From positions 9,713,271 to 9,777,270 of the forward strand of contig NC_052175.1 in the NCBI RefSeq assembly GCF_902713615.1: a DNA stretch of 64,000 nucleotides. The letters run 5' to 3'. Positions 59,090 through 64,000 of this stretch are shown here, piece by piece. The notes below the pieces were generated by a model, which ran no database searches, was not told where the DNA came from, and saw nothing but the letters and a program-made list of their open reading frames with translations. This DNA comes from Scyliorhinus canicula. Its lineage: Eukaryota. The first letter of the stretch is position 1, and every line of letters starts with the position of its first letter. A program made the translations under genes and the position numbers.

Positions 59090-59920
59090 ATCCCAAGGCC
59101 CGATGGGATCTACCCAGAATACTGAAGGAGGCTGGAAAGGAAATTGACAGACATCTTTGGATCCAGACTGTCTGTAGGTGATATTCAGGAGGACTGGAGA
59201 ATAGCCAATATTGTTCCTTTGTTTAGGAAGTGCAGCAAGCATAATCCAGCGCACAACAGGGCGGTGAGCTTTACGTCTGTGGTAGGGAAATTACTGGAGA
59301 GAATTCTTAGAGACATGATCTCCTCCTGTTTGGAATTAAATGGACGTATTAGCGACAGGCAGCACGGTTTTGTGAAGGGGAAGTCGTGTCTCACTAAGTT
59401 GATAGAGTTTTTCGACGATGTCACAAAGATGACTGATGCAGGCAGGGCAGCGTATGTTGTCTATATGGACTTCAGTAAGGCCTTTAACAAGGCCCCTCAT
59501 GGCAGACTGGTACAAAAAGTGAGGTTAGACGGGATAAGAGGTGAGCTGGCAAGATGGAAACAGAACTGGCTGTGTCATAAGGAGTAGCAATGGAAGGGTG
59601 CTTTTCTGATTGGAGGGCCGTGACTAGTGGTGATCCGGAGGTATCAGTGCTGGGACCTTTACTGTTCGTAGTATATATATATTTATATATATAAATATAT
59701 ATAAATGATTCGAAGGAAAATGTAACTGGTCTGATTAGTAAGTTTGCAGACGACACAAATGTTGGTGGAATTGCGGATAGTCATGAGGATCGTCAGAGGA
59801 TACAGCAGGATTGAGATCGTTTGGAGATGGGCGGAGAGATGGCTGATGGAGTTTAATCCGGACAAATGCGAGGTCATGCATTTTGTAAGGTATAATGCAG
59901 GTCGGGAATATACAGTGCGC
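59090..59920 (+). mobile_element. CR1 RT fragment (same subfamily as the neighbour)
   Basis: DWRIANIVPLF...YMDFSKAFNK; closely similar to 57810-58340. Confidence 0.85.
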
Positions 59921-60409
59921 TGCTGCAGCTCTTTCCCAGATCAGAGCTCTTCATTCCTCATTCAGAACAGTCCAATTGCAGGTGATAGGCAATTGATATC
60001 GTCACCCGTGTAGGAAATCACTCCCTTACTATTACTCCCTTATACTGGTATGAGATATTAAATCGAAAAGCCTTGCCAAGCACTTCTGGGCTGTACAGAA
60101 ATACATGTTCGCTCTGAGCGGAAGAGCGGTGTGTGTCTGTGTGTGTGTGTCAGTGGTGTGAGCGTTGGGGAGGAAGGTGTTCGCCCCCGTGTACCAGGAT
60201 CAATCATTGGCCCTGAACACAGACAATTAAAAATCACATGACCTTGGCCATTGACACATTGTTGATTCAGAGCTCTTACTCTGCCGAAATTTAGCTGCAG
60301 CGTTCCCTACATAGCAACATCGACTATACTTCCATTAGTCCTGAAGGGTGTCACTTTCTCTCTTTGTCCTGGTATTCATTCGATTGTATCTTGTCACTAG
60401 ATTACACCC

Positions 60410-60846
60410 GGTGCTGCCGTCCATGCAAGCAGATCGGACATGCTGCCATACAAGTCTTGTGACTGCACATCCTTTAGGTAGTTCAAAGTCAGAGATCCTA
60501 AATAATCGGGGTCTGGGACAATACAACCTGAGACACAATAACTGTGAGAGGCACAATGATTCACCATTCAATTGTTACCCTCGGCATTTGATTCAAATTG
60601 GATTCATGAATGAGGGAACGGGATATTTTATAGTTTACTCTTGCACCCCATCCTTCATTGGGAATATCGTCACTTGCCCTGCGACAACAGAACCGCTGGT
60701 TTTGGCTCTCACAGTTATTTTGTCTCAGGTAGTTTTGTCCCAGACTACGTCAATTCAGACTCTCTGACTTTGAACTACCCAAAAGGTGCACAGTCACAAG
60801 GCTTGTTTGACAGCATGTCCGATCTGCTTGAATGAACGGCAGCACC
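60410..60846. repeat. Long inverted repeat (141-bp gapless arms, 153-bp spacer)
   Basis: 60411-60551 against the reverse complement of 60705-60845 shows 22 mismatches and no indels (manual alignment). Confidence 0.9.
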
Positions 60847-63800
60847 TGAAGTAGTTTAATGTTAGAATAAACGGCTTGACATGTATAAATCGACTCTCTG
60901 CTCATTGCGGTTGTCCAGGACAGTGATTCTATAATTTATTTGTGAAAGGAAGGAGCTCTGAGGGATGCCCTTGGTCGGTGCAATGGCTCCAATTTTCTCC
61001 GCACGGGGTAAACCTGCGATTCCTTCTTTAATAATCAGGACTCGAGGTGCAAGTGTGATCGAACAGTAACTCCCCATCCCAAGAAGCTGTCCAATCGCCT
61101 CCCTCATCACTACACCAAAGACTTCAATTGCTTGGATTGTTCCTATGTTTGGTGAGGAGTTTGGGATACAATTCCTTAACTATCTACTGGAATGTTTACA
61201 GGGCGGGATTGGGAGGGTCAAACCTCACTCGTTTATTGAACTACTTTTGTGTCATCTCTTTATAATTACGAGTCCCTGTGTACACGTATAATTATCTGAC
61301 CAAGATATCTCATCCATCTTATTCTTTCTATCCTTATGTTTATGAATTGTCAACTCGATCTGTAAGTAGAATACACGTGACTGGCGGGAGATAGTGGGAT
61401 GAGGAATGGAATCTGAGTATCCTCGCGCTGGCATAGACAAGATGGCCAAATGGCCTCCTTCGGTACCGTGACTTTTCTCTGATTTTGCTATGATACATTG
61501 ACTTTCCATGATGAAATTAAACAGCATTTTCAATTTCCCACTTTCTCCCTCGACTGTACTTTGAACGTATGGCCACTCTTCAGAAATCGCGCCAATTGAA
61601 TGCTCTTCAGATTCGTATAATCAATCCAAAGCACTACTTTTGTATATCAATGGCCTACATACGTGTTGCAATGTGTATCTCAATGATCAACGGACAGTTT
61701 GAAGTGTTTCAAGTGTCTGTGAACGCACGCAGCCCAGAAGCTGAGCTTCACAGAGAGAACACCGGAGGCACATTTAAAAAGAGTTCGTCAGTGTTTGTTT
61801 TTAATTAGAAACTAAAAGTTTTTGAAATGAGTCATAATGCTTCAGAAAATGTATGCAAAGATCTGGTGCACAGTATTTTAACGGTCAACATGGCATTCTG
61901 CCCGTGGTTACCTCAGTGTGAACAACCAAGGTGTTCTCGCCAGAATTGTCAACACTTCAGGTAAAAACTTTGGTAGACAGCAGACGCAGCTCAATAGTTT
62001 GTTTCACAAAGGAGCTCAGAGGAAAGTCCAGACCATCACCGGTAGTCCCTCGCACTCTTTGAGCCGATGCTTTATAATGCCTGTTGCATGGAACAATCGG
62101 CTCAAGAGGTATTTTGTTCCCAGTACCATAAGCACTGAATAACATAATGTTAATTTAACTTGCTGTTTTTAATAGATATTTAGTGAAATATCTTATGCGT
62201 GTGTGGTATGTATACATGAGAAATATTCGCAAAAGTATGAATCGTGGCATACAAGCAATATCTACTCTTTTGAAGAGTTTTTACTGCTATACTGGATGTG
62301 AAACGAAATACAAGTGTACACTTTTGCATGGGAAATTCAACGCTATTATTATTATTCCTCGACATCATTCGCAATATCGCAAGGCCGTTTCCAGCAAGCA
62401 ACTGCCCGTTCGTCCCCTCTTCTCCTGCCGCACTATCTAAATTCGCATTAACAAATAGAATGCTGTTACGCGTTAATTTCCAATCATCAAGAGATTGGTT
62501 GGGAAATTACTCGGAGATTGATATTGAAAGAGTTTATTCATATGGGGAGATATCTTTGTTGTGACTCAGTGTAACATGCTGTATCTGCTCATGCGGAGTA
62601 ATCAGAATGGAGATATAATTTGGAATATCTAGGCAAAACAAGACGAAAGTCCATAGAGATGGAATCAGGCCATGGCGCTAACATGACAGACTGAATTCCT
62701 AATGATCAGCTCAGAACTGCTCCTGACTCAACAAGGAAATCTACCGCTTGTCGAGGGCACAGTTCCAAATCCATCCCTTCTTTCTAAAATTCCACCTCTG
62801 ACATGTTGGTTTCAATCAATACTTCCTGTTTAAAGGAAAAATAGAATCATGGGAAATTTCAGACATCACTCCCCACATCTGTCCCTGACTGTTCAGGGCC
62901 TGTTTAGAACATCTGCTTCGACAGTGTGTTCACGAAGCCAAACTCCCATACGGGATGAGGATATTCATGAAGGCCCCGCCTCCTGAAACTTTGCCGCTCG
63001 CATGAGGTGTGGCGATCATTAGGTTTATTCACCACCAGTCACCTGTCCCACTCAAAGGGGAAGTAGCCTACGGTCACCTGGGCCTATTGTTAGTTTGATC
63101 AATTTCCCCAATTCACATCTCAGCCCGTGCAACCCACCTGAATCCTGAACTGATATTTTCAACTCAACAGAAATCGCAGATGTCATTTTATCAATTATTG
63201 GACGTATTGCAACATCGTTTAATGGTCCATTAATTTAGTTATATTTACATATCGACATTTGAAATGAAATGCAACTGGAACGATACAATCATCGTAGAAA
63301 TCTCTCTGTGACTGCAGTTTTCTCGAATTCTGCCATACCTTGATTACTATGGATTATCACAAATGATTCTTAACAATTTGTCCTCTGCACTGAACAAAGG
63401 AATCAGTGTTTAGCGCAATGCACGGGGAGAGTTTAGCTGCTTGATAGAAGTCTACTTGGTTCTATGTTTATTTCCACAAGGCATCGGGTTGTTCGGCATA
63501 ACCTGTCTCCTCCAGGACTCATCAAGGAAAAGCCGTCCATTCTCATCTGCGGCCTGCCTTCTTTTTTGATCTCTTTTCCAATGCGGCCAAATCCAGGGAG
63601 GCGTAGAGAGGTCCGCCCTGAGACTGGGAAATATATGAAGCATTGACATTCAAAAATAGTGAACATAGATGTCAAATTATTCCGAAAAGAATTAGACTTC
63701 AATGGTGACAGAATGAAACAACTGAGAAGGATAGCATTCGGTCCATTCAATCCGTCCTGGCTCCTTGAAAGTGCTAGTCAGTTAGCGCAATCGTCTTTTT

Positions 63801-64000
63801 GACATTTCCCATATCTTCAACAATTCTCCTCCCTTCAAACATCTAACAGATCCCCTTTTGAAAACCACAGTTGAATCATCTTCCAGTTCCCCTCTGTATC
63901 TATCTGCAAGTGTGCTGCTTCATGTTTATGGAAAATAAATTAAAGCAGACATGGTCAATGGAAAAGACGACAACTGGGGCGACGTAACTGTTACTTTTAT

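Noticed and set aside
60860-61230. Ig C1-set exon (VKELYP... YTCQA)
   Set aside because: The motifs are in different frames and about 100 codons apart, too far for a C1 domain, with several stops and no RSS-like signals.
62180-62564. Overlapping 73-88 aa ORFs as a fourth GPCR fragment
   Set aside because: Only a vague hydrophobic stretch and none of the family motifs.

Overview
Eukaryotic, repeat-dominated DNA from a cartilaginous fish. It is most likely a shark, possibly a catshark; this is inferred from HE1/V-SINE-type SINEs, SGNH-esterase CR1 LINEs and the GPCR family present. There are two assembly gaps (15899-16201 and 23598-24097). The only host coding content I can support is three minus-strand paralogues of the elasmobranch-expanded GPR139/142-like class A GPCRs. 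The first is a two-exon copy (12417-12321 plus 8082-7166, 337 aa) with an open frame but AT in place of the AG acceptor. The second is a frameshifted pseudogene (45347-44504). The third is a TM6-TM7 stump (about 57690-57428). Most of the remaining sequence is transposable elements: many CR1 copies of different ages, over a dozen HE1-like SINEs, a second tRNA-derived SINE, Rex1/Babar and Penelope fragments, a gag-like fragment and a Gmr1-type Gypsy remnant. There is also a fully bounded 6.5-kb LTR element (1.43-kb LTRs, GCAT target-site duplication, tRNA-Lys PBS) with no recognisable pol. The most unusual features are a repeat-spacer array of six 22-bp hairpins abutting that PBS, tandem 325-bp promoter-like monomers at the 5' end of a full-length CR1, and a gapless 141-bp inverted repeat with third-position-biased differences. 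No prokaryotic system or true CRISPR array is present. Coordinates of old repeat fragments are approximate (read by eye).
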